Shown: positions 19,533 through 29,129 of the stretch, piece after piece
Layout of the letters: every line of letters starts with the position of its first letter
Numbering within the stretch: position 1 is the first letter of the stretch
Origin: an uncultured bacterium
Lineage (GTDB): Bacteria; Oederibacteriota; Oederibacteriia; Oederibacteriales; Oederibacteriaceae
Length of the DNA: 64,000 nucleotides
Reading direction: 5' to 3'
NCBI GenBank assembly: GCA_965112635.1
Contig: OZ218778.1
Coordinates: forward strand, 1,696,001-1,760,000
Program-made: the position numbers and the translations under genes
The notes under the pieces: model-generated
Told to the model about the DNA's origin: nothing
Databases searched by the model: none
Seen by the model: the letters and a program-made list of their open reading frames with translations, nothing else

Positions 19533-19556
19533 AATCTTTCAAAAAAAAATATTGTT

Positions 19557-20601
19557 TTACAAAGACCACTGAGTCTTGAGACCAAAGTTGCCGCCAAAAT
19601 ACTGGCCGTTGGTCTCAGCGTTGAGGCACCAGTCTAGCATAAACAAGTTGAGCTCGAAACCCAGCAAACCCCGAAAAGCCACTGCCGGAGGGGTGGTGGA
19701 GGCGCTACCCGTCACAACATAAGCTGGGATGACCAGGTCGGTCAGCGAAGCAGAGGGGTCATGAAAAGTTTCAGTGCCGGTGGTGGTTGTCGTGGAGTGA
19801 ACATTTCCAAGATTAAAGTCAGCCCCAACGCCGGCAAAAGGACAGAACACGAAGAACTTTTTGCTGATCAATGCGGACAGGTTGATTACCTGTGGGGTTC
19901 CAGTCCAGAGAGTTGGTGATATTGCCCGTAGTGGTTGAGGTGACCCCGCCATTTATCGGATATGGTTGAGGGGTGCTGGTATATTGGGAGGAAGCAGTAA
20001 AAGTTCCGCTGCCGCTCACCATACCTAAATTCAAGGACAGAGCACAAGGGCTGGCCAGGCCATCCTTGATGAGCTGGTCCCGCAGTTCCAAACCCCAGGT
20101 GAGATTTTTGTATTCCCAGGAGTTGCTGCCGCTGCTAGAGCTGTAATCGAGGCTGGAAAAACGGAATCCTAAATCATAACTGCCGAATGGAATGACCGGG
20201 GGAAGTCCCACCTTAATCCCCAAGTTCCAGTGTGGAAGGACCAAGTAACTGGGAAAACCACCCATATTGATCTGGCTAGCGGGATAATAGGACGAAGCAT
20301 TGAACTTATTAACCAAGTTGGTGACACTAAAAGGGAATGCAGAAGCTCCTAAATCGACTCCTATCTCAAACCCAGGAAATCCCAAGACATTGGGGGCCAG
20401 TTTCACGCCGCTACCCTGGTCAAAATAAATAGGATTGCAGAGCGTATCGCTCCACCATTGGGAAACAGTGGAAAAGTCGCTGGCGAGACCCTGGGTAAAG
20501 GTATTGTAATCAGTCTGGATATTACCCGTCGGTGCCCAGGCATGGCAATAAATTGAGCCAGACAATAGGATAAATCCAGCCAAACTAATAACCCTTTTCA
20601 T
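19557..20601 (-). pseudogene. Frameshifted secreted beta-barrel-like surface protein (Lsa36/DUF6588-like)
   Basis: ORF 19819-20601 (signal peptide, beta strands) switches frame into ORF 19557-19952 at ..LDWN|PQVINLSAL..; removing one base from the C4 run (+ strand GGGG 19894-19897) joins them. Confidence 0.7.
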
Positions 20602-20700
20602 GTTTCCTCCTTTTTATCATTAAAAGCATGTTGTTAGTTATACCAATCCAGGCTTTTAAGTCAAGACTGGAGGGGGAGGTGTATAATATCCAAAACTTGA

Positions 20701-22044
20701 ATGGAGATTAGCGTGGGTCAATCAGCGGAAAAAGCGAAAAGAATAGTTCTTAAATTGAAGGAAAAAGGGTATGAGGCCTATCTAGCCGGTGGGTGTGTTA
20801 GGGACCAGCTCATGGGCAGGCCACCCAAGGATTATGATATTGCCACTTCGGCGTTGCCAGAAGAGATCCAAGCTGTTTTTCCCCATACCGAAGCTGTGGG
20901 AGCACAGTTCGGGGTTATCTTAGTGATAGAGGAAGGTGAAGCTTTTGAAACAGCTACTTTCAGGAGTGATCTTTCCTACAAGGATGGCCGCAGGCCAGAG
21001 GCTGTGCGTTTTACGAATGCCAAAGAGGACGCTTTACGCCGGGATTTCACGGTCAATGGGATGTTCTTTGATCCTGTGAATGGTCAGGTCATCGACTATA
21101 TAGGAGGCCAAAAAGACCTTCAGGCTAAGGTCATCCGTTGTATTGGCGAACCGGAAAAGCGTTTTGACGAGGACAAGCTCAGGATATTGAGGGCTGTACG
21201 CTTTAGCGCGGAACTGGGTTTCCAGCTTGAACCTGCGACCAAAGCGGCCATCCCAGCTTTGGCCAGCGCTATATCCCAGGTCTCATGGGAAAGAATTGGC
21301 ATCGAGATGAACAAGCTGCTCCTTTGCCCCTTAAGACGCCGGGGGATTGAACTTTTGGACGAAACAGGACTTTTAGCCCAGCTTCTCCCTGAACTTTTGG
21401 CCATGAAGGGCTGCGGCCAACCCCCGGAGTTCCATCCTGAAGGTGACGTGTGGATCCACACCCTTTTGCTAATGGAAAAACTGGAAAACCCAAGTTTGGA
21501 ACTGGCCTGGGCCGCATTGCTGCACGATGTGGGCAAGCCGGCTACCCGCACCCAGGCCCAGGGAGACCGTGTCCGGTTCAACGAGCATGATATTAAAAGC
21601 GCTGAAATGGCCGTAGAAATTTGTCGCAGGTTTCGGTTGAGCAACGAAACTACAGAGAGAATAAGGGTGCTCATTGCGGATCATATGCGCATCAATCAGG
21701 TTGAAAAAATGAGGGTAGCGACCCTCAAGCGGCTGTTCAGGGAGGAATATTTTGACGACCTTCTAGCCTTACATCTGGTGGATTGCCTGGCCAGCCATGG
21801 ACATAGGGACCTTTACGAGTTTTGTGTGGCCAAAAAGCAGGAGTTGGAAAAGCTGGGAGCCGAACAAACCCTCAAACCCAAGCCGCTGATAAACGGCGGC
21901 GACCTTATCCGGATGGGCTTCCGGCCCGGTCCTCTATTCAAGGAGGTCCTGGAGGCAGTGGAAACTGAACAACTGGAGGGAAGGATCACAGAATACGAGC
22001 AGGCCCGTCTATTTGTATCGGATCGTTACAAGGGCCGCTCTTAA
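20701..22044 (+). CDS. cca: CCA tRNA nucleotidyltransferase with HD domain
   Basis: AGGCVRD, DYDIAT, RRDFTVN, EDKLRILRAVRF, HPEGDVWIHT, LLHDVGK. Confidence 0.92.
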   Translation: MEISVGQSAEKAKRIVLKLKEKGYEAYLAGGCVRDQLMGRPPKDYDIATSALPEEIQAVFPHTEAVGAQFGVILVIEEGEAFETATFRSDLSYKDGRRPEAVRFTNAKEDALRRDFTVNGMFFDPVNGQVIDYIGGQKDLQAKVIRCIGEPEKRFDEDKLRILRAVRFSAELGFQLEPATKAAIPALASAISQVSWERIGIEMNKLLLCPLRRRGIELLDETGLLAQLLPELLAMKGCGQPPEFHPEGDVWIHTLLLMEKLENPSLELAWAALLHDVGKPATRTQAQGDRVRFNEHDIKSAEMAVEICRRFRLSNETTERIRVLIADHMRINQVEKMRVATLKRLFREEYFDDLLALHLVDCLASHGHRDLYEFCVAKKQELEKLGAEQTLKPKPLINGGDLIRMGFRPGPLFKEVLEAVETEQLEGRITEYEQARLFVSDRYKGRS

Positions 22045-22133
22045 GAGAAAAAGCATTTTTTGGTTGGACTAGGTTTTAGATCCTTTCTGTTGATATAATG
22101 TTGCGAATATTAAATGTTTTTAGGAGATCAGGG

Positions 22134-23495
22134 ATGCCTCAGGTAGCTGCGGTCATCCTGGCAGCGGGCCAGGGAACACGCATGAAATCCGAAAACCCTA
22201 AAGTGTTGCATCCGGTCAACGGCGTTCCGTTGATCCAGTGGACCACGGATCTGGTCAAGAATTGCAGGTTTCAAAGGCGTGTGGTCGTGTTGCCTCCCCG
22301 CCTGGATGCTATCAAGCCTATTATTGGAAAAGGGTTTGCTGTCGCCATACAGGCTAACCCCAAAGGGACCGGTCACGCCTTGATGCAGGTCCAAAAAATC
22401 CTAAAAGGGTTCCAGGGTGATCTGGTTGTTTTATACGGCGATATGCCCCTTTTAAAAAAAGAAACTCTAGAGAAGCTCGTTAAAACCCATCAGCAGTCAG
22501 GCGCTGAAGCCACACTATTGACCGCAAACCTTCCGAACCCTTTCGGTTACGGCAGGATCGTCAGGGGTGGCCAAGGTAATATCCTCCGGGTTGTGGAGGA
22601 GCTTGACGCTACTCCGGAGCAGAGAAGGATCCAAGAAGTCAACACCGGTTATGTATGTTATAAGACCGGAGCTCTATGGCCAGCGTTGTCCAGGATCGGT
22701 TCAAAAAATGCCAAAGGAGAATATTATTTGACCGATGTGGTTCACGCATTGATTGAAACCGGAAAAAAGGTACAATGGGTTTCATCCAGTGTGGAGGAGG
22801 TTTGGGGAGTGAACGACAGGGTACAGCTGGCCAGGGCAGCCAAGATCCTGAGGCTGCGTTACCTGGAAGAGCTGATGAAGAACGGGGTAACCATCGAAGA
22901 TCCGGATTCCACTTTTATAGACAAAGGCGCCAGGATAGGACGCGACACGGTCATCAGGCCATGCACTTTCATTGACTCGATGACGGTTGTCGGCAAGCAT
23001 TGCGAGATCGGACCTTTTAGCAGGCTCACCAAAAGCCGGGTGGAAGACAAAGTTTTCATCATGAGTTCCACCATAGACAGCAGCACCTTAAAAAAAGGTT
23101 GCCGTGTCGGGCCCTATTGCCGGGTCAGGAACCATTCCGTGATCGGAGAGCAGGCCTATCTGGGAAATTTTGTGGAGATCAAAAATTCCAAAGTCGGCAG
23201 GTTAGCCATGATCAGCCATTTTAGCTATTTGGGCGACACTACGCTGGGCCGGAAGGCCAATATCGGCGCCGGGACTGTAACGGCAAATTTTGACGGAGTT
23301 AATAAAAATAGGACCGTGATCAGGGATGGAGCTTTTATCGGAAGCAATACCACTCTGGTCGCGCCTGTCAGGATCGGAGCCGGTGCAAAAACCGGAGCCG
23401 GTTCTGTTGTCTTAAAGAAAACCAAGGTGCCCTCCCGCAGCGTGGTGGTAGGGGTGCCTGCCAGACTTTTAAAAAAGAAGAGAGAGGAGAGGTAA
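22134..23495 (+). CDS. glmU: Bifunctional UDP-GlcNAc pyrophosphorylase / glucosamine-1-P acetyltransferase
   Basis: ILAAGQGTRMKS..PKVLH, GYGRI, EYYLTD, GNFVEIK, hexapeptide repeats; start 22134 preferred (AGGAG SD). Confidence 0.95.
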   Translation: MPQVAAVILAAGQGTRMKSENPKVLHPVNGVPLIQWTTDLVKNCRFQRRVVVLPPRLDAIKPIIGKGFAVAIQANPKGTGHALMQVQKILKGFQGDLVVLYGDMPLLKKETLEKLVKTHQQSGAEATLLTANLPNPFGYGRIVRGGQGNILRVVEELDATPEQRRIQEVNTGYVCYKTGALWPALSRIGSKNAKGEYYLTDVVHALIETGKKVQWVSSSVEEVWGVNDRVQLARAAKILRLRYLEELMKNGVTIEDPDSTFIDKGARIGRDTVIRPCTFIDSMTVVGKHCEIGPFSRLTKSRVEDKVFIMSSTIDSSTLKKGCRVGPYCRVRNHSVIGEQAYLGNFVEIKNSKVGRLAMISHFSYLGDTTLGRKANIGAGTVTANFDGVNKNRTVIRDGAFIGSNTTLVAPVRIGAGAKTGAGSVVLKKTKVPSRSVVVGVPARLLKKKREER

Positions 23496-24443
23496 ATGAG
23501 CAAGCCCCTGAAGATCTTTTCCGGGAACGCGAACAAGCCGTTAGCGCAGGAGATCGCGGCCCATCTCAAACAAAAGTGCGGCGACCTGGAGGTGGGGAGG
23601 TTCCCTGAGGGAGAGATACGGGTCAAGATAAACGAGAATGTGCGGGGTGCCGATGTGTTCGTCATCCAGCCCACCTGTGCTCCCGTGAACGAGAATGTGA
23701 TGGAGCTTTTAATCATGCTGGATGCTTTCCGAAGGGCGTCAGCCAACCGCATTACCGCCGTGCTCCCTTATTACGGCTACGCCCGGCAGGACCGCAAAGA
23801 CCAACCACGCGTCCCCATTACGGCCAAGCTCATGGCCAACCTTATCGCTAAAGCCGGGGCTGACAGGGTTTTGACCATGGATTTGCACGCGGATCAGGTG
23901 CAGGGATTTTTCGATATACCGGTGGACCATTTGATGGCTGCGCCGGTCCTAGCCAACTATTTCCTAAAAAAGAACATTAAAAATCTGGTGGTGGCTACTG
24001 CTGATGTCGGCGGCATCAAGACCGCGAGGAACTTTGCCGAAAGGATGGGAGCCTCCCTAGCCATCGTGGATAAAAGAAGGATGGGGCATTCCGAAGTCGA
24101 GGCTATGAACTTGATCGGGGACGTTAAAGACAAGAACGTAATCGTTCCGGACGACATTATCGCGACCGCGGGAACCCTGAGCGAAGCGGTCCGGTTCCTT
24201 ATCAAGCAAGGGGCCAAGGATGTGTATGCCTGTTGCAGCCACGCTGTCCTATGTCCTCCTTCTGTGGAACGGATTAATAAGTTGAGCTTAAAAGAGGTCG
24301 TGGCCACCAATACAATTCCATTAAATCAAGAAGTACAGCAGATCAAGGACCGCATGGTTATCCTTTCGGTGGCAGAACTCTTTGCGGAAGCCATCCGCCG
24401 TATCCATGACGAAGAGTCGGTTAGCACTTTATTTCAAAGGTAA
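23496..24443 (+). CDS. prs: Ribose-phosphate pyrophosphokinase
   Basis: PYYGYARQDRK, DLHADQVQGFF, DDIIATAGT. Confidence 0.97.
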   Translation: MSKPLKIFSGNANKPLAQEIAAHLKQKCGDLEVGRFPEGEIRVKINENVRGADVFVIQPTCAPVNENVMELLIMLDAFRRASANRITAVLPYYGYARQDRKDQPRVPITAKLMANLIAKAGADRVLTMDLHADQVQGFFDIPVDHLMAAPVLANYFLKKNIKNLVVATADVGGIKTARNFAERMGASLAIVDKRRMGHSEVEAMNLIGDVKDKNVIVPDDIIATAGTLSEAVRFLIKQGAKDVYACCSHAVLCPPSVERINKLSLKEVVATNTIPLNQEVQQIKDRMVILSVAELFAEAIRRIHDEESVSTLFQR

Positions 24444-24642
24444 AACTTGAGTGTGTTGTTTAGATCTGTAATAAATGGTGAAGTTTTGCCTGAAAGCAGA
24501 CTAGTAATAAGGATTGAAATCAAGACCCGGATTTGATATTTTTTTGTAATAAATTCCTTAGGATTCCAGCAGTTTATCCCTGCGGTTTTAATCAAGCAGC
24601 CGCGCGGAAAATTTTGAACACTAGAAAGGAAAGGTAGATTCC

Positions 24643-25443
24643 ATGAAGGAAGTCGAACTGAATTGCAGCACCAGAGAGTTGAAGACCAAAGGTGACCTTA
24701 AAAAGGTCAGAAACAGCGGGGGCATCCCCGGTATTCTTTATGGGGAGAGGAAAGAATCTGTGCCTTTGACCTTTTCGGGAAAAGAGCTGCAGAAAGCCCT
24801 TTCCCAGGCAGGGGGAAGGAACGCTCTTTTTCATATTAAAGTGCAAAAAAGCGGCGGTGATACTTCCGCCTTGGCCATGATCAAAGAAGTGCAATTAGAC
24901 CCGGTCAAAGACAATATCATCCACGCAGATTTCCAGATCGTGTCCCTATCCAAGAAGATCCAAGTGGAAGTGCCTATCAAAACCCAGGGGGAGGCTGTGG
25001 GCGTAAAAGAAGGCGGAATCCTGGAAATCTTGGCCAGGACCCTGTCGGTGAGGTGTCTGCCCAAAGATATGCCTGATGTCATTCAAGTTGATGTGAGCGC
25101 CTTAAAGATCGGCCATGCCTTGCATGTCCGCGACATCCAGGCTTCGGCTGGCGTGGAGATCCTGGAAACCAAAGATAGGCCTGTTCTGATTGTGACCGTT
25201 CCATCCGAAATCAAAGAAGAAGAGGTTGCCGCGGGACCAGAAGTACCCGTCGCAGAGCCTGAAGTTATTGGTGAGAAGGAAAGGCTGGAACGCAAGGCTG
25301 CCAAAGAAGCCGAAGCTGGCAAGGAAGGCGCTGCTAAGGAACCGGCCAAAGAAGGGGCTGGGGCCAAGGAAGCACTCAAGGCTGCCAAAGAGGCACCCAA
25401 AGCGGACGATAAGAGCAAGGCGGTTAAAGGAGCCAAGAAATGA
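24643..25443 (+). CDS. rplY: 50S ribosomal protein L25/Ctc with K/E/A-rich tail
   Basis: IPGILYG, IKEVQLDPV...IIHADF, GVKEGGIL, EPEVI. Confidence 0.93.
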   Translation: MKEVELNCSTRELKTKGDLKKVRNSGGIPGILYGERKESVPLTFSGKELQKALSQAGGRNALFHIKVQKSGGDTSALAMIKEVQLDPVKDNIIHADFQIVSLSKKIQVEVPIKTQGEAVGVKEGGILEILARTLSVRCLPKDMPDVIQVDVSALKIGHALHVRDIQASAGVEILETKDRPVLIVTVPSEIKEEEVAAGPEVPVAEPEVIGEKERLERKAAKEAEAGKEGAAKEPAKEGAGAKEALKAAKEAPKADDKSKAVKGAKK

Positions 25444-26012
25444 AATTGATCGTTGGCTTGGGAAACCCTGATGAAAAGTACAAAGGGACCCGCCATAATT
25501 CCGGAGCTATGGTCGTCCAGGAGCTTGCCGGAATTTCTAAAGGCAGTTTTCAAAAATCCAAGCATGGGCAAGTTGCCGAAATAAAGATAGGCAAAGAAAA
25601 AGTGGTGATAGCCACCTTGAATTATTTCATGAACGAGAGCGGCAAGGGTGTCAAGCCGTTGATGAAAGAGAATAAGGTGTCTATAGGTAATTTGGTGGTG
25701 GTGGTGGATGATTTCCAGCTGCCCCTGGGTTCGATCCGTTTGAGAGCCAGGGGGAGTTCAGGAGGACATAAGGGGTTGCAGTCGGTCATCAGTGCTTTGG
25801 GATCCGAGGAGTTTTGCCGTTTAAGGATCGGTACTGGCAGGAAGGCGGACGAACCTGCCCCACCCTCAGAAAAATGGAATGATTTTGTCCTGACCCCATT
25901 CACCCCGAAAGAAAAGCCCATTCTAAAAAAAGTTCTGGCCAAAGCAGCCGATGCTTTGAAAATGTGGGTAAACAATGGCCCTGAAAAGGCCATGAGCCTG
26001 TTCAACAACTGA
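25440..26012 (+). CDS. pth: Peptidyl-tRNA hydrolase
   Basis: LIVGLGNP, TRHN.G, FMNESG, GSSGGHKG, RLRIG. Confidence 0.95.
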   Translation: MKLIVGLGNPDEKYKGTRHNSGAMVVQELAGISKGSFQKSKHGQVAEIKIGKEKVVIATLNYFMNESGKGVKPLMKENKVSIGNLVVVVDDFQLPLGSIRLRARGSSGGHKGLQSVISALGSEEFCRLRIGTGRKADEPAPPSEKWNDFVLTPFTPKEKPILKKVLAKAADALKMWVNNGPEKAMSLFNN

Positions 26013-26104
26013 TCCTCTGTCTGAAAAACCTGCCAAAAATTTACTGAAATAGCCAAATAATCCAGTAAAAATAAGGATTAAATCTAAAATAATCTCGAAA
26101 TTAT

Positions 26105-26132
26105 GGAACTTTTTGGCTTCATTATTGTCTAA
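26105..26132 (+). promoter_or_regulatory. SigmaE/ECF-type promoter
   Basis: GGAAC-N17-GTCTAA (GGAACTTTTTGGCTTCATTATTGTCTAA); near-identical copy at 37302-37329 (-). Confidence 0.6.
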
Positions 26133-26267
26133 TTATTCAAAATAGTATTGGATATAACCAGGAGAGCAAATATTTGTGGAGAGGGGTATAATTAGGTTAA
26201 TTATAGCTAAAACCCTAAGAAATATTTTTTCCCCGTTTCAAAGTTATAAAGCCAAAGGTGGTTTAAG

Positions 26268-28940
26268 GTGAACCTAAAAAGCAAAAAGATGGCAGTGAAA
26301 TTGCAGTTGATGGTAGTCGTTTTGGGTGTTTTTATGCTTTTTTCAAACTGGGCGGAAGCTGCCTGTACCCACACTGTGATCGTTTCTACAGTCGCGCAAC
26401 TCTACAATGCAGTGAAAAGCGCTCAAAATGGCGATTGTATTGAAATCGTTGATGGCACCTACCAGTTGAACGAAAATTCCCCCTTAGATTTTGAAGGAGT
26501 AAACAATGTCGTCTTAATGAGTGCATCCAATGATCCCACCCGAGTGACCATCCAGGGGGTTGGTTTTGTGGATGATGGGTCAGCGGGCGCTGGTTGTTCG
26601 CCCTACCCGGGAGACTCGAATAATGATTGCCTGTGGATTTCTAATACTTTAGCCTGTAATTCCCTCACCATTTCAGCTATCACTTTCACGATGGCCTGTT
26701 ATGGCATCAAGGTGGATTCCTATACAGGACCGACTGATATAGAAATTCTTAATTGCCGATTTATTGATATGGGGTATCGGTGTATCAAAGGCACTTGGGG
26801 GGGCAGTTATGCGGTGCACGCGACCAAGGGTCTGGTTCAAAATTGTTATTTCGAAGATAATATGATCCCTCCTGCTTGCTGGTTTTCCAGCGGGGATTAT
26901 ATAGCCGGTTTTGATTTGATGATCCTGGATAGCTGGACTTTCCAAGATAACACTTTTTTGAATATCAAAGGACACAATTCAGGAGGCCGGGCTTGCTACC
27001 AGCTTTGGAACGGTTGCCAGAACTGTATCGTCCAGAGGAACCGCTGTCTGGGTTGCGACAGGTTCGCCAGCCTAGGAAATGGTCCAGAAGGCAGTAGTTG
27101 GAATTGCCAAAATATTTCTGTGATCAATAACTATATCAGCTTGCCGGCTAATGACGGAATAGAATTGGACTATACAACTAACTGTAATATATACAATAAC
27201 AGCATCTACGCTGACCCAGCCCACACTATAAGGGGTATCTATGCTGTGCCATCGGGAAAACCAAATACCAATGACAATATTGAAAATAATTTGATAAGTG
27301 ATTGCGTTTCTCCAGCCAACGATCTGGCTATTGCTGGTGTGACCGGGACGATAAGCAACAATGTAACCGGCATTAATCCGGCAATCTATTGGTCCAATCC
27401 CAGTGCGGGAATTCTGGATCTGACCCAATTTGCCTCGAATGCTATCGGTACAGGAGTGACCTTGGCGATGGTGCCGCAAGATATCTATAATCAGAATCGC
27501 CATAACCCATCACCCTGCGTTGGTGCGAACGAGTTCTTTAACTACACTCCGACGCAGACCGGTACCAAAACCCCTTCGCCGACCGTGACAGCCACGCCGC
27601 TGCCGACCCACACGGCGTCCCCGACGGGGACAGCGTGTGCTTTGTGCACGGCGACACCGACCAACTGCGCGATATGCACGGCTACCAATACTCCCACCTG
27701 TCAGGTGCTGGCTGATTATGACAGCGGGGCTGACCCTACCAGCAGCGGCGGAACGACCACGATGAACCCTTCCGGATACGATAGCGCGAGCAATACGACG
27801 ACCACTGGGACAGCCACCTATGATCCCACCCAGAACTACGGGACACCTTCCGGGGATGCCATGAACCTTTCCTGGAATATGCAGACGAACGGGTGGGCGA
27901 TCTATTATCAGACGGTCGGCGGGATACAGGATTGGACGAACTTTATAGTCCTTTCTTTTTGGGTGAAAGGGAACGCAGGAGGAGAGAGATTCCATGTCCA
28001 ATTACGAGATTGCTGCGGAGGCTCTCCAGGCTGTTGTAACCAGGAGTGGTCCGCGGTGGAGACGGCGACTAACCAGTGGACGCAGATCGTCCTTACTCTG
28101 CCCACGGATTTTTCGCTGCATGGGGCACAGCCGGTATCCTGGAACCATATCAGCGATGTGGCCTTGGTGTTTGATTCTTCTCAGCTGGGACCTCACACAC
28201 TGTGGATAGATGATATGATGGTGTGCTCTGGAATGCCGCCTACGGCGACTCCGACGCCTGCTGCGCCTACAGCAACAGCTACACCTCCTGGGCCTACAGC
28301 AACGGCTACGTCGAGTTATACGGCCACCGTAACGGCCACGCCGGCAGGGCCGACATCGACCTTTACGGTTACATTAACCCCTTCGCTTACATTAACGTCC
28401 TCGGAGACTTTCACTATCACCCAGACATGGACGCCTGTGACAGGGACCCCGACCAATACTTTTACCGCCAGCGGTACGCCAACATGCACTTTGACGGTTA
28501 CGCCGACCCAACCTGCGTTCACGGCTACTCCGTTGCGGAGCAGCACGTTCACAACGACCTTCACCTATACCCTAACGCCGACTGCATACCAGAGCCTGAA
28601 CATCATCCAGCTCCTGACCTATCCAAACCCGGTCAAGAAGCAGAACACGGTGAATTTCTATATCAATTTAGGGGATATTCCTGACCGGATTGACATTAAG
28701 GTATACACGACAGCGGCGAGATTGATCAAGGTCATGACGTCAGCGCAGACAAAAGCCCTCAACGGGGTTACCTTGGTGAAGGATATTAATAACGCGTGCA
28801 CCTACGCTTATGCGATACCTTATGACCTGAAGGATTATGAGGGAAGTCTGTTGGCGGACGGTTTGTACTATTTTGTTGTGGAAGCAAAGAAGAATGATAT
28901 TTCAGTGAGGTCTATAGGCCGGTTTACGGTACTTCGATAG
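26268..28940 (+). CDS. Secreted modular protein: beta-helix + Thr/Pro linker + CBM11-like + Thr/Pro linker + T9SS/FlgD-like C-terminal domain
   Basis: Signal peptide (WAEA); parallel beta-helix pattern; DWTNF..LSFWVKG..GGE; TATPT repeats; YPNPV...IKVYT..ARLI...LADGLYY...FTVLR. Confidence 0.75.
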   Translation: MNLKSKKMAVKLQLMVVVLGVFMLFSNWAEAACTHTVIVSTVAQLYNAVKSAQNGDCIEIVDGTYQLNENSPLDFEGVNNVVLMSASNDPTRVTIQGVGFVDDGSAGAGCSPYPGDSNNDCLWISNTLACNSLTISAITFTMACYGIKVDSYTGPTDIEILNCRFIDMGYRCIKGTWGGSYAVHATKGLVQNCYFEDNMIPPACWFSSGDYIAGFDLMILDSWTFQDNTFLNIKGHNSGGRACYQLWNGCQNCIVQRNRCLGCDRFASLGNGPEGSSWNCQNISVINNYISLPANDGIELDYTTNCNIYNNSIYADPAHTIRGIYAVPSGKPNTNDNIENNLISDCVSPANDLAIAGVTGTISNNVTGINPAIYWSNPSAGILDLTQFASNAIGTGVTLAMVPQDIYNQNRHNPSPCVGANEFFNYTPTQTGTKTPSPTVTATPLPTHTASPTGTACALCTATPTNCAICTATNTPTCQVLADYDSGADPTSSGGTTTMNPSGYDSASNTTTTGTATYDPTQNYGTPSGDAMNLSWNMQTNGWAIYYQTVGGIQDWTNFIVLSFWVKGNAGGERFHVQLRDCCGGSPGCCNQEWSAVETATNQWTQIVLTLPTDFSLHGAQPVSWNHISDVALVFDSSQLGPHTLWIDDMMVCSGMPPTATPTPAAPTATATPPGPTATATSSYTATVTATPAGPTSTFTVTLTPSLTLTSSETFTITQTWTPVTGTPTNTFTASGTPTCTLTVTPTQPAFTATPLRSSTFTTTFTYTLTPTAYQSLNIIQLLTYPNPVKKQNTVNFYINLGDIPDRIDIKVYTTAARLIKVMTSAQTKALNGVTLVKDINNACTYAYAIPYDLKDYEGSLLADGLYYFVVEAKKNDISVRSIGRFTVLR

Positions 28941-28978
28941 AAGGTTAATGTCATAGAATTTTTAGGTAAAAAAGGGTC

Positions 28979-29017
28979 AAGACCCTGGTTGGATGCATCA
29001 GCCAGGGTCTTTTTTTT
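28979..29017 (+). terminator. Intrinsic terminator
   Basis: AAGACCCTGGTTG-N7-CAGCCAGGGTCTT followed by a T-run. Confidence 0.8.
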
Positions 29018-29129
29018 AGAGAATATTTGCATTTCTCGCGCTGAAAATTGTGAATTTTTGGACAAAAGCTTAGAAATTGACATACAATGATTTGTGAAAA
29101 ATCAGCGGCGAAATTAGAGAGGATGGATT

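Noticed and set aside
22045-24642. tRNA-Gln often found near glmU/prs/rplY; L25 leader
   Set aside because: No cloverleaf or T-loop GTTCRA in the intergenic gaps; only a weak 6-bp hairpin before rplY.
25270-25443. Repetitive KEA-rich tail of L25
   Set aside because: Low-complexity charged tails are ordinary for Ctc-type L25.
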